Shown: positions 13,382-26,577 of the stretch, piece after piece
How the letters are laid out: each line of letters opens with the position of its first letter
Numbering within the stretch: the first letter of the stretch is position 1
Assembly: GCA_010093605.1 (NCBI GenBank)
Contig: MU004190.1
Location: 1,509,599-1,573,598, forward strand
Length of the DNA: 64,000 nucleotides
Direction: 5' to 3'
Source of the DNA: Lophium mytilinum
Lineage: Eukaryota
Notes under the pieces: generated by a model
Seen by the model: only the letters and a program-made list of their open reading frames with translations
Databases searched by the model: none
Told to the model about the DNA's origin: nothing
Translations under genes and position numbers: made by a program

Positions 13382-13806
13382 ATTTCTCGAAATGGTTCCG
13401 CTAGAAGTATTGGGAATGCCTTTTAATCGAGAACCATTCTTAGTGGGTCCAATCCAATCAACTCAAGGACTTTGAACTTCGGCGGTACGACTCTAAAACG
13501 TTGCGATGGTTACATTTACCTCGACCATCACGTGATCTCATCGTGGTGTGTATGTGAGTTCGTCTTGATCAGACTGTAGCATTTTCGTTTCCAACGCACG
13601 AGGCTGCGAGATGAAGTATATGCTCGAAAGAAAGTGCTTCTGGAATAAGAGATTCTTGTTGTTACGGTCATGCTGAGAATTCCAAAGTAGGAACTGATAC
13701 AGCGCAGCCAAGGTACGAACGCATTTCCTTGCTAAATTCGAAAGTTTTCGTTTAGGCCCATCCGAATATCCAAACGCCGCCCTAATGCTTCAGAACCGGG
13801 TATCAT

Positions 13807-15036
13807 TCAAAACACGTCCTCCATCTTTGCATCCACTCTTTCACCGCCAACCGCTGCCGCTGCCGTAGTGGCCATCGATGGGGTCGAGCCAAGGTCTCTC
13901 CCTGAAACCTCATCTTCAATGAAAACACCGAATCCAGAGAATGCATCACACAATGCTCTCGCACAGTAGTCATTAATGTCGTAGCCTCCGGCCGAATGGC
14001 GAGGGTCCGTGCGGGCGTTACTCAGGTAGTCCCAGTCGTAGAAGTCCTGCTGCGAGAAATATTCCTTCTCTGCCGACCAGCCTCCGTACGGATCATACGG
14101 CTTTTCTGGGGGAGGTGCAACTCGCTTCTTCAAGCCCTTGAACGTGAACCCACTGCCAGCGTCACCATTCTCGGTCCCCGCAGCGAAGACATCGCCGTCT
14201 CGCTTCTTGTCCAGTGCTACTCTCTGGGCTGAGCTTTTCTTCAGCTCCGCTCTCCTGCCTTCCCGCGCGATGCTCGCTGCATCGCCCTTCGTTGTGGCGA
14301 GCTTGTTGATGATCCCTTTCCTAGCATCGGACTTTTCCTGGCGTTCAAGCTCGTCCTCTCGTCGTGCATCGGCCCTTCTCAAACGGGTCAACTCGTGGTC
14401 CTCTTCTTCTCGGGCCTTGCGGGAAATGGCCTCTTGAGCAGCGTTAGAGTGATTCCGTGTGATTTGCCTCCGGTTCTCCTCCTTGTAAGCGTCCATTTTC
14501 CTCCGGGTATCCTCGACGTCGATGTCGTTGATGAGGTTCCATGTGACATTTTCAACCTGCTCTAGATAGTCGTTGTAGTCCTGTAGAGTTTCGAAATCGT
14601 CTTCCTCTCGATTGAAGCTAGCCGACAGTTTAGCAGACGAAGATACGGAAGGCTGGGTTTCCTACACGCTCGCCACTTCTCGTCTTAAGTCCACCTCCCG
14701 CTCGACTTTGATGTCCTCAAATGTCTGCGTCCTAAACCTCGCTTTGCGGAGCGTTCGTTTGCACCCAGCAATAGGACAGGCTGCCGGACCCTGAGAGAAC
14801 CTGCGATCCACGCACGACTCGCACATCTTGTGGTAACATTCCGGGTTCACGAGAAAGCGCATGTCAGGATTCAGGTAGCGCGCCGACTTGCAGACCGGGC
14901 ACATGTCTGCAGACGCGTTAGCAGATGCGGCAGACATGTGCAGCTGCAGTTGGGAGAGTTGGGCGAGCAGCTCACCGCCATCCTCTTGGGCGCGCTTCGA
15001 TGGGGCCGCGGCGCTGCGCTGTGCGGCCCGTGACAT
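13807..15036 (-). CDS. tfb3: CDK-activating kinase assembly factor MAT1 / TFIIH subunit Tfb3
   Basis: RING finger 'CPVCKSARYLNPDMRFLVNPECYHKMCESCVDRRFSQGPAACPIAGC', 'QTFEDIKVEREVDLRREV' and C-terminal 'AGGYDINDYCARALCDAFSG'; introns at ~14908-14976 and ~14619-14665. Confidence 0.95.
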
Positions 15037-15276
15037 GTTTGTAGAGTACTTAAATATTCTACGGGGTCGTGGTGGAGGAGTGGCGTTGAAGCCTGAAGGC
15101 GGCGCTGGATGAAGTCGTGAACAAAGTGGAGATTGTTCGGCGTTAAGATTGATAATCAAGCTAAAGCCGAGCTGATTCCGCGCGGCGAACCCGGCGGCGA
15201 ACGCTCCAGGGCTACTGCGAGCACCTCAGCTTTCTTCTTTCTTCTTTCCACTCAGCCTCAACATCCCAAGCCCGCT

Positions 15277-17369
15277 ATGGAGCCCACCGAACGAGACCCC
15301 TTAGTCGACCTCGAACGGCACCGCGTACGACTAGAAGAGACAGTTGCGAAACTCCGTAAATCTCTGCATCACTGGCACACATGGGAGTTTGAATACGAGG
15401 CGCTCAAAGAAGAAATCCAGCGCTTCAACGGCCAGCCGAGCACAGAGGACATGGTACTGAACCTTGCTTACGTCACGGCTTGTATCGTAGCTAACACTGC
15501 AGGCGCGTAGGTAAAGATTGGAGCTGCCTTCGGAGGCGATCTAGTTAATGAGAAAGGTATGCCGACCTGTTCACTGCGCTGTCGAACAAGCATTAAAGTC
15601 TGCAGAAATGAAAGAGCTCATAGGGTATGGCAAGCCGGTAGAACGGGACGGTGCACAAGTAGTGAACATGATCTCACGACGACTAGACTGTGAGCATGCC
15701 CAGGCGTCGCAACTCGGACTGTGCTCACGAGGCTAGATGTCCATCAGAACGCCCAAACCGTACAGAAATCACTCGATGCGGCGGAGCGGAAGCTTGATGC
15801 TGCATTCGTCCTGCTGGAACCCAATCTCGCTGACGAGGAAGGCCTGCCTTTGACAGACATCCATGAAGAGCTGGACGACGAAGGCAACGTGATCTGTGGG
15901 TAGCATATGCGCTAGCCATTGACGATATTTCCTAACGGTGCTATCTAGCAAGCAAGCTTTTACATCCGAGCAAAGTAGCGCCTGATGTCGTGGATACCTT
16001 GCGAAAGGCTGGAGCGATCAATGCGGAAGATACTCTGAACCCGAGCTCCTCTGTTCCACCTGAAACTTCAAAACCGGAAAGCTCACAACACTCAGGGGAC
16101 TCTACTACTAAATCCAATAACGACCAGGACAATAAACTCGACAAGGTTTCTCCAGTAAAAGGCGCAGACTCTCCCAGGCCAATCCTGGCTACTGCTGGAC
16201 GAAAGCCATCATCAACCAAAAAATCTGTCGCTTTCGCACAAGATACGGCCCCGCCAGCGTCCAAGTCTGATGGACCTTCTGGAACAGTGTACTCTGGATT
16301 GGAGGATGACTTGGCTGCATTCAATTTTAATCGAGGCGAGAAGGTGATTGAGCTTGACGAGAACGACAATGCAGTCGCATCATATCCCATCATCCCCACG
16401 ACCGAATCGCCTGAGGATGCGGCATTGCGAAGAGAAATGTTGCAGTATGGGCTGGCCGAGGTCAATTCTGTTGTTGCAGAAATCGACTTGGAAGAGGGGG
16501 GTGAGGATTTTTCGGACCCCGATGACGACTACGATGGCGAATATCCGGAGTCTGACGAGGACGAAGTAGAAGACGAGTATGGCCGTACTGCCCATAGCGT
16601 TATTACCGATGAGTACAGGAAAGAAATGCTCGAACTTGAGAAGAAGCTGAATGCTCGCATGCTCGAAAACATTGGCCCGGAATCCGAGGAGACTGCTGTT
16701 CCAGGCTCAGTAGGAGATGTTCGCAGGCTCGTAGTTCAGCCAGAACCTGAGAATAACGCTATTAATACGACCAAATTAGGAGGAAAGAAGAAAGGAGTGA
16801 GGTTTGCAGAGGAACTGGATGTTTCACCTGCGCCCGCGCAAGTGGTCTCCGACAAGCAACAAGCCACCCATCCCTCAATAGACAGAGCTCCTTTGGCCGA
16901 AGCGATCGTCGAACGGAATCAACCGTACAGTTCCCATGCCTCAACATCTTCTGTCGAAGCCTCAAAGCCTGCCAAGGTGTCACGCTTCAAAAGCTCGCGC
17001 TCTGGAGCAGGTACGGCCCACCCAGCAGACCGCATCAGTGCAGACCCGGGTGCTACTGTTTCAGATGCCACCCAGTCGTTCAACGACAGTAGAGAGGCGT
17101 CTGGGGCAACTCTAGCTAATCAAGTGGTCGAGCGAAATGTCGTGGAAGATGATATCGTACCTCCGGACGAGGACGGCCTCGATCCGGCCCTTCTCGCTCA
17201 GGAAGTCGTTATCGAATACAATAAAAAGCGCAACCGTATGATTCAAAATCAAGGGGGCTTCATGCCGTCAGCAGAGGAAATTGAGAGCCCCCTGGTGGAG
17301 GAGATAGACGGTAAGATCAAGAAGGTGAGTAGGTTCAAAGCCTCTCGCCTGAAATCTGGAGGGATATAG
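15277..17369 (+). CDS. bud27: Unconventional prefoldin RPB5 interactor (URI/Bud27 family)
   Basis: N-terminal prefoldin-like helices ('LRKSLHHWHTWEFEYEALKEEI'), 'EEGLPLTDIHEELDDEGNVI', an acidic middle region and C-terminal 'KKVSRFKASRL'; four short 5' introns. Confidence 0.85.
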
Positions 17370-17976
17370 TGCGATCATTCCTTTCGAAATCGATTCATTT
17401 CACATTGGCAGTTGCCAGCGCATACGTGCTACTGGAAATTCGTTCTTGTATCGATTCCGGAACAGTCCAAGGGTTTTACCCTCGTGAGAGGTATTCTGTA
17501 TATACCGCCCCACATGAGACGCGTTCCTAGAACAAAGAGAGGTCTCTCTGACGTGGCATCTTAATCCTCAGTATTTGCCATGTATTCGTTTCAGCCTCTA
17601 CATATCGAGTCCTAAGCACTGTTGCTTCGGAGCCTAAATATTCCGTTCACCAGTTCTATAGCCTCACGGTATACTTAGGTAGCTTACTAAGGCACCAATA
17701 AATTAGATATTAGCTTAGTGCCTTGCTGTATACGTAGTTGCGCTTACTCACCTGTCCGTGAATATTGAAGCTAATAGAATTGATGAAGCTCTTCTCACCA
17801 TTTCACCCGCCCGTGCAACGTTGCCCCCACATCGTCTGAATTATTTTGGCGGGGCTTGCGCTTCAGCAGCCTGCACCTCGACGACATCAACCCAAACTCT
17901 CTATGCACCAAATTCTCCCGTACGCACACGAATACCTAGGTACAACATCGCTCTACCCACGGGCATCTGCGCTGGC

Positions 17977-20900
17977 ATGCCGACCATGCCAGAGCAACCG
18001 CCAGATCCCGCGAACACTGCGAAGCCCTTCGTCGTCCGCCTCCGCCTAGCTCTTGCACCATGGACGGTGCATTTCAAGACGCCCAACTACATACAAGACC
18101 GGACCATGGTCATGCTCGAAGGCATCGCAAAAAAGACGTTGGAAGAAACTCGGAAGAGCTCGGAAGTCCGGTTAGTCTGTTGAGAAGGGTTTCCCCAGGC
18201 CAAGTATCTAACATCCTCTAGTGAAGAAATTGGAACAGAGCCGCCCTTCTGGAAGGACTTGGGAGACCTTCTCGAAGCCGCCATACCCTCTCTCGAACGA
18301 CGATGCTTCGCTGCCCCAGATCCACAAACGCCGGAATACGAAGGCTTGTCGGGGCCACTTATTGCCTCCAATTCGAATACCCTACTCAAGGACCTGGAAA
18401 GGCTATATACCATGGTCTCAATCGCCCGAAACGTCCTCACCGCTGGAGATAAATCCCAAAATCTGGCTGCAAAGTCACAGTTTGGTCAGGAGGTGTTCAA
18501 GCTCATCAGCGTGTGTGTGAAGGTAACCGCTCGAGGATATGACGGGGAAGCTGGTTCACAAGACGAGGACAAATGGCAATCGGTCATCAACTCCTGTATG
18601 TGGATAATCGCTCCTATAGCTTTCATAACTGACTTCTGTGCAACGAATAGTCAAGAAGCTGTTGATCGCTTGCCTCCAATTCCTCAACAACCTCGTGGCC
18701 CGGAACGAGCGCCGAAAGCTCATGCTGTGGGTAGAGCTATTCGACAACTCCACAGACAGCGTGCTTCCTTCCAGTCACGGCGACCTCAGGACAAAGTTGG
18801 ACTTGTGGCCAAGGCTCCCGGATGATCCTAGTCTGTCATTGAAGAAGTCGTTGCATGGACACGCGGAAGCCCCGAGTTCAAATTGGCCAGACATTCCACT
18901 AAAGTCTTCCCAGCAGCCTGCATCCTCACCCTTCCTGCTCTATATTGGGAAAACAGGTATGGAGGTCAAGCGGGATCTCGTACAAAAGGGCGAAAAGGCA
19001 AGTGCAACAGATATCGCTGCCGAGTGTAAAAAGAGGTGGCAGTCTATGTCTGAAGAAGAGAAGAACGTAAGCTTTGCAATCCTATCTTTTCCTCAGCCGG
19101 TGCGGTGATCTGACCTTCAAAGAAATGGAACATTCTTTACACCGATATCATCGCTAAGTACCGCGATGAGCTGACTTCATCGAGTGCGTATAAAACGGTC
19201 GTTGATCAGCACGCAAAGAATGAGGAGAATGTCCAAGCCCTTGCCCGCAGCATCAACCAGCTTCAGATCGAGGTTGATCGAATGCGAAAATCTGTCATTG
19301 CCTCGTCTAAAGCAGCGTCCGAGGCGGAAAATCGGTCACAGCTAGCCATCGATGATAGCGAGGCGCTGCCACCGTCCCCACTAAAGGAAATCCACCCTTA
19401 CATTCCAATATCTGCGGAAATGCCCGATGCTCCGCCCGCTGGTGAAGCTGATTTCCGCATGACCTATCCCGCATCGTACGGCGCAGAAATCCTCCAGCAA
19501 GGAAAAGACGATCTCATGAAACGCCTAGAGACATACTCAGAACGACCATCCGTGGCCCAGGCTAGTAACTTGGCGTCTCCGTCTTCGCCTCCAGTATTTC
19601 CATCTTCGCCTCCTGCGAATCATCCGCCTCTCGAGGGTATTGACGATGTCAGCGAAGAGGAAGATAGTGAAGACGACTATGATGCAGTCCCGGGAGACGA
19701 TGGCCGTGGCCTGCTTACAGATGTCCCGTTAATTCTTGGCCCCACCGAGATTGAGGTTTTGCCAATGATAATCATGTCCGGCATTGTTCCTCCTGGAGAA
19801 GGTACCGTCGGATATGGCTCTACACCGGATGAGATCATTGCTATCAGGAACATGCATACTGTACGGTGTCATTTGCTCCTCGCTCAAGATAACGGGCGAA
19901 ATCTCCTTCGGGAACTATTAATCTTTGTTGCCGCCTGGGACCTGCGTGAGGAAGAACTTTACTTCAAATTCATGGTAAAAATAATGGAAGCCATACTTAC
20001 GAATGGGCTGATGCCGTTCAGCTACCACGCATTCAGAGAGTAAGTTCTATAGGTCTCTTTGCGAGTCTAGCAAATACTAACATAACTTCAGGAGCAAAGA
20101 CATAATTTCTCCAGCCCAAGCAGTCATCATGAAGCTACTCACGAATATTTTCCGAGCACGGCAGTCAGTCCAAATGACACGAAGCATCTACAAAGATACA
20201 GACATAGACATGGAGAAAGAAGACCCAGATACATATCCCATGCGCGTAGATGTTCACATGGTCAATTTCCTGTTGACCGAGTTCCGCCGCCACATTATCC
20301 CTCAAACCTGTGCCCTAATATTTTTACAAGGTCAGATACGAGCGGGTTTTGCCCACCCTGAGGATTTCCCGCTCAACCTTTGGGATATGGAGAGGATGTA
20401 TGAGGGCGTCTATCAATACCTGGAGTTCTTCGCGATATTGACGGAGCACGAAGTGTGGAAGAAGATGATGGCCGAGTGGGAGATCACGAGCGAACTTGTC
20501 ACTCTACTGAAAGAACTAGATGCTGCTATACCGAAAGGTCAACTCTCCGTGGCGCCTCTAGCTTCCACGGCCAGGAACAACCCTCGGGCAAGTTCGGACC
20601 CCGGCCACATTCCACCCGCCTCGGATGCTGCTCCAGTCGCAGTGGAGCGACCATACGAAATAGCCGGCGCAGCAAGCTCAACAAATCCGGTGACGCCTGA
20701 TACATATGCTCCCGAGCCACGTCCATACATTGATGAAGCGCAAGACGAGCCATCGGACTTTGAGTGGCGCAATCTCAAGAAGCTAGCCGTGCTTGTCCTC
20801 TCATCGCTCGTTTGGAAGTCCCGCAAGGTACAAGATCAAGTACGGCCACTTGGAGGCATCGAGGCTATCCTCAACTGCTGTACGTTTGATGAGCACAACC

Positions 20901-21301
20901 CTTATATCAGGGAGCATGCAATCATGTGCCTGCGATTCCTGTTGGAGGGCAACCGAGAAAACCAGGAGCTCATCCGAGAATTGGAAGCCAAAGGGGTGGT
21001 TCCCAATGAAGTCCTTGATCAGCACGGTTACGAAACTTACATGGACTCTAAGGGCCAGGTCCTACTTCGAAGGAAGGAGACTTTGAAGCCTGTATCAGGT
21101 TCGGGGTCAAGTTCTGGACTAGCAGCGACGAAGCAACAGGCGATTAAACCAAAAGATCCGAAGGATTTGGAGATCCTCGTGCAACAAGTCATGAGAGATC
21201 TACCAACAAGAGTGCAAGGCGCGAAATTTGACGCCGAGAAAGCTGCTGCTCTTGCGAAACTCGACAAAACCTTTGATGGACGAGGTGGCCGAAGCAGCTG
21301 A
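17977..21301 (+). CDS. ctr86: Ataxin-10 / Ctr86 family armadillo-type protein with an internal HMG-box-like segment (5 exons; start may be 17986)
   Basis: Ataxin-10 signature 'VQDQVRPLGGIEAILNCCTFDEHNPYIREHAIMCLRFLLEGNRENQELI'; introns at ~18171-18220, 18596-18650, 19067-19121 and 20040-20091. Confidence 0.85.
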
Positions 21302-21904
21302 ACCCAGAGACAGGAGACGGCTCTCCTGTCAATTACTAGTTTGTGTCTCAACGACCGAACTGGCGATAAACGCCACGCCGAGATGCGAAGTGAAATTCGC
21401 TCCAAGTCCGAAGCGTCGAAATTATGCCTAACATCAGACCCGACGGCGACGACCAAGAACGAGTCAAGACACGCACAAGGCCAACGCAAAAGTTCATGCA
21501 TTAGCACTATCCCCCCGAGCTATCGCGCGATTAGCTATTCCACCAAATTGAGCTCCAGTCAACCCGATGATGGCTCCCGTCGACATGTCTAGGCAGCTAC
21601 AAGCTGCATATTTCGGTACAGCTCCTCGACTGTTCAAAATGCTGGAAAAGTGGAGTTCGAAAAGTAGGAAGCATCAGAGCACTGTGGTGCAGATCTTGGA
21701 GATAGTCCACCAAATGAAATTTACACCAGAGATACGTCTGGCTGAATATGGTGATACACGCTACAACTCCGGCTTCCAAACTCCTAGCTCACCATCCCAA
21801 ATACAAATGCACGCAAACGTGAGGCGATTTTCCCCTTTGCCTTAATCCCTCCAATGTTCCCTGGCGAGCTGCGCAGCATTCGTGCTCGTGTGTAGGGCGC
21901 AACA

Positions 21905-22705
21905 TCATGGCACTCTCGCGCCACGGTATCCAGTGTCGTACTGGAACTGCTCCCCCGGTACATTGTATCCGTGGTTGGAGGAATTCGTAGGGTCATCATT
22001 GTAGGGTCGCTGCGTTTGGAGCGGGACCGAATCGAGTCCGAGGACGTGGTCTGGGGCATCAAAAGCCTCTTTGTGGTCCACATTCTGCATTTGATTATAT
22101 TTTCCGCGGGAGGTGGCTCGTCGGAAGACAAATATATCCAGGCATGCGGCCGAGAGGGTGGAAACGCTGAGGGGCGATGCTCGTTAGCAATCTGCGGCCA
22201 TGTAGCTTAGAGGAGCACTCACAAGCCAAGCAATGTGAAGGAGAAGAGCGCCTTGTAGATTCTGCAGATCATGATTCCAGTTTCGTCCTCCCAGTTCGAT
22301 TTATTGCACACGTGGGACAGAGTGCCGCTGCTCCACCAAGCCAGGAGGGCGAACCCAACGGACCAGAGGATGAGAAGCGCGGCATTGAGACAGACGTTCA
22401 GACGAGGGTTCAATCCACAGCAACAGTGCAATACGATTGTTGTCGACAAGGAGAGTATTGTTAGCAGGGAGACTGCGAGGAGCTGTAACGTGCTGTCAGT
22501 ACATACAATGATACTTGCCCAGCGGGGGCTCCCGACTTACGAGAATAAAGGTCCACGGTAGGCGGTAGTGATCATGTGTGAGGTGCCAGAGAAAGTAGAA
22601 CATGATACCCGCGACAACCATAGAAGAGGCCAACTGCGCGCTTCGCAAAAGATGGAACGGTATGAAGGGGTAGTGGGTCGGCTTGACCTTGTCTTTACGC
22701 GCCAT
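21905..22705 (-). CDS. MARVEL-like four-TM membrane protein (3 exons)
   Basis: 'FHLLRSAQLASSMVVAGIMFYF', four hydrophobic helices, a Cys pair in loop 2 ('HVCNKSNW...MICRIYKALFSF') and a hydrophilic tail; two GT-AG introns. Confidence 0.7.
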
Positions 22706-23346
22706 AGCGGCTGCGTGGGATGTGTGTTCTAGCACGAAAGGCACAGCAGTGCGTTTTGGTATTAATACAGATGGAAAGGCGCGGTAGAGTGCCAGACCCG
22801 TAGTAGAAAAAGGAGAGACGTGGTGGAGTGAAGCTGTGTACCCTGAGATGCGCGGCGCTTGGCGAAATTCAGCTGGCTTCAGCCCTGGTCGCACACGAAA
22901 CAAGACGAGCCAGGTACCGAGCGCTAAGGTACAGTACGTTCGTAAATGCTATGGAGATGGGGACCTATATCTTAGAGGGTATGCGACCATTTCTTTGATA
23001 GCTCTTGCCCAGAACAGTTTCCACTATACCCCGGATTAACCCCGATTTCATCGAGGGGCGCGAGCATAAATCGTCCCGCCTTTAGTAGTCCCTCTCTCTC
23101 ATTTCGTCCAATCAGGTCTTGCCAGTCTGCTCTTTGATGAGTCATCTCCAGACCTCAACCTCTTTGCACCGGCCAGTCTGCCGATGGCGGCGGCATCGGC
23201 ATCGCGTCAGCACTAATGGTCTATATATTACGCTATGCCATCTCATAGTAAGCCGCTGAGTAATTGGCGGCTACATAAATGTATAGGAACCGCAGATGCG
23301 ACGAGACACAGTCTGATAGACAACCCACCATAGCTACAGAGACATC

Positions 23347-25196
23347 ATGAGTTTCTCTATGGGACTCCCTTGGTCGTCTGGCGAGGAACAGATGCATCAA
23401 CTTTTGCGTGTTCCCAACCAAGACAATCCCACATCTTCTTTGCTAACGCCCCAGGCATCATTTCTTCTTCAAAGAGCCCCTCTACTCGCAGTCGGTACAG
23501 TAGATGACCAGGGACGGCCGTGGACTACCGTTTGGGGTGGTGAGCCTGGCTTTTCACAGTCGTTGGGCTCGTCCATCATAGGCACACGAACGATTGTCGA
23601 CAGGAAGAATGACCCCGTGGTCCAGATTCTCATCGGAGACCGGGACGATGGGGAGATCGTTAAGAGCGAGGGACCTGGGAAGATGGTAGCGGGCCTGACA
23701 ATTGACCTAGCAATCCGAAAGCGAGTCAAAATTTACGGACGAATGGTCGCCGCTGCTCTGGACGCTACCGAACAGAGTGACGATGGCCAGGGCGATGCTG
23801 AGAAGTCCACTTCCGGGCAAATTCAGTTGGTGGTGAGGATTGAGCAAAGTCTAGGTAAGTGGCCCTGTCTCAGTGAAAATCGGTGCTGACAGGGCCTGGT
23901 GTAGGCAATTGCCCCAAATATTTAAATAAAAAAGATATACGGCCGTCTCCTGTGGCATCAACCCTTCTATCACGGTCTGCCAATTTAACCACACTCGCAA
24001 TAAAACTTCTACAGAAATCAGATCTCTTCTTCATTTCCAGTGCCAACGCGGATTACGACATGGACACCAATCATAGGGGAGGGCCCCCGGGTTTTGTTCG
24101 AGTGCTGCGCAACGACGACGATGGTGCAGAGCTGGTTTATCCTGAGTATAGTGGCAACAGACTTTATCAAACTCTGGGCAACTTGTTAACCAATCCGGTG
24201 GCGGGCCTTGTCTTTCCGGATTTCGACTCTGGTGACGTTTTGTACGTGACTGGGACTACTGAAGTGGTTGTAGGGTCCGCTGCCGCTGAAATTCTCCCTC
24301 GGTCAAACTTGGTGGTGAAGATTAAGATTGTGGAAGCACTTTACGTCCAGAAAGGGCTTCCCTTCCGCGGAACTACGGGAGAGTTCTCGCCTTACAACCC
24401 TAATGTACGATTACTCGCGAAAGAAAGCAGCTTGAGCACAGGCCTGAAAGCAACTGCAAGCAATGTAGCGACGCTTGTGAAGAAGACGCAGATCACAGGC
24501 GATATCTACCGGTTTCGATTCACTATGTCAAGGCCTGAGCCTTACCGCGCTGGACAGTGGGTCGCCTTGGACTTTTCTGAAGAGCTAGACATTGGATACA
24601 GTCACATGCGAGACGACGACCCGCGAAGCTTGAACGACGATTTCATCCGGACGTTTACTATTTCCTCTCATCCTGACGCTCTACCTGCGGGTGACTTCGA
24701 GGTTACTCTCCGATCAGTTGGTTCCGCGACGGCGTTTCTCTGTCGCCAGAACGAACGATCAGGCTTAGAAATTCCACTACGTGGAATAGGGGGCGATTTC
24801 GTGGTTAAGAGAGACGGCAACAGTGTCATTCCATTCGTTGCTGGAGGCATTGGCATCACACCTTTGCTGGCTGAGCTACCAGATCTACCCCTGGATCGGC
24901 TTCGACTGTTCTGGTCCATACGTGCCGGCGATCTGAATCTCGCGTTAGACACACTCAAATCTTATCCTGGGCTCAATTCCCAGATGACGTTGTTCGTGAC
25001 GGGGAATCTAAATCAAGAGATGGAAAACAAGTTGACGGCAGTTAACGCGCGGTTTGAGAAGAGAAGAATGCTTGCAGAAGACTTGAGAGCGCTTGACGTT
25101 AAGACTTGGTACTTCTGTACAGGGTCTGTTTTGCAGAAGGCATTGCTTGGATGGCTTGTCGGGCGAACGCTTGTATTTGAAGATTTCAATTTTTAG
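23347..25196 (+). CDS. Pyridoxamine-5'-phosphate-oxidase-like FMN split barrel fused to an FNR-type FAD/NAD(P)-binding oxidoreductase
   Basis: 'GTVDDQGRPW', 'NCPKY', 'NHRGGPPGFVRV', 'EYSGNRLYQTLGNL', FAD motif 'RTFTISS' and NAD motif 'AGGIGITP'; intron ~23854-23904. Confidence 0.9.
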
Positions 25197-25289
25197 GCTG
25201 TGATACAAAAGTACCATACACCAAAAATAAGCCGGTAGAGAGTAGTTCCAATAAAGACACCTAGTTTTACTGATGCGGGCGCAAGGTCC

Positions 25290-25820
25290 TCAATCAAAAA
25301 TTATATAGAGTGGATTAAGAAATGCTACATTCTTTGTAAATGGTACGATGCTCTGTGGCTTAATCTTTGCGGGTAAGCTTTGCAGGTCTCTGTCGTCAAA
25401 ATAGCGTCTGAAGTACCATCGCAGCTTCTTTCCATTCCTTCCAGGAAAAGTCCATGCCAGCTCAAACTGCCCCTCTGAGACGTCGAAAGAGTCCCAGAAA
25501 CCCGCTCCAGTCCGCAAGGTCATGTCCAGCACGGAGAACGAAACTAGATGCTGTTATCGGTCCCGTCTTACAGTGTCCGCTAAATTGCCATGCCCCTTTC
25601 TTTCCAAAATTTGCGCAAGAACTATCCCTTCTGCTCGCAGCCTATTGACACTATCGTAGAAGTTAGAAATCAGTAACACTATAACAGGTGTGTTAAGCGC
25701 ATGGGCTCGGGGGACAGTATAGGCCTACTCCCCATTAAATGATATTAATAGATATTATATCTGGCTTGTATAACAGAAATTAATTACCCTTATTATCTAC
25801 ATGCTTTAGGAAGAAATTCA
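25290..25820 (-). pseudogene. 3' part of an unknown gene disrupted by RIP-type nonsense changes
   Basis: The frame of ORF 25290-25532 continues upstream through TAA (25554-56), TAG (25725-27) and TAA (25755-57), each explicable as CAA/CAG>TAA/TAG. Stop density rises toward the AT block. Confidence 0.6.
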
Positions 25821-26495
25821 GATCATCTTTAGTAGAAATCTAGAAATCAATTAATCAGGTATATATTAATAGACCGGTAGGCTATACCTCTTTATAGATA
25901 GTTAGACTTACAATTAGCTATATTAAAGCCTTATAATATACTTTAAGTAAAGAGAAGAAGTTTAGAGTTAATATGCGCATTCTAAAGAAGTAAATAAATA
26001 ACTCCTAAGTAAATAGGCTAACATAAAGACTTAGGCTTAATAAGATATTAGAATATATTAAGAAAGATATCCTATTATATTAAAGAATGCTATTAAGGCT
26101 CTATAAAGCTATTCGCAAGCTACTATAGAACCTTATTATATAGATACTAGGTTCTTTACCTTAATAGTCTATTCTATCTTCTTTAAAAAGGAAAGAAATG
26201 TGTAGTTAAGTCTATAATAGAGTATAATTAAAAACCTATAAAGCTAGAATAGGAGTGTATTCTATATATATACTTAGAATAAGGAGGTTACCTTTTTATA
26301 TACTAATATAGCTGCTTAGAGATATTTAGAGAGGAAGATAATATACTAAATTAGGTTACTTATACTATCTAGACTATACTATTATATAAGTAGAGTTTAA
26401 TGTAATAACTTCTAGGTAGAGATATAATAATATAAAGATAGAGATGGAAGTATAAAGAGATAAAGATATAATACGTAGAAAGATGTATAGATAGT

Positions 26496-26496
<1 letters not shown>

Positions 26497-26576
<80 letters not shown>
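26497..26576 (+). repeat. (AGAT)20 microsatellite inside a degenerate Copia-family LTR (~26450-26745, minus strand)
   Basis: Read directly; the flanks match the reverse complement of the Copia LTR. Confidence 0.9.

Positions 26577-26577
<1 letters not shown>

Noticed and set aside
17685..17725. Short inverted repeat AAGGCAC...GTGCCTT upstream of ctr86
   Set aside because: A 7-bp stem is compatible with chance; no other RNA-gene features.
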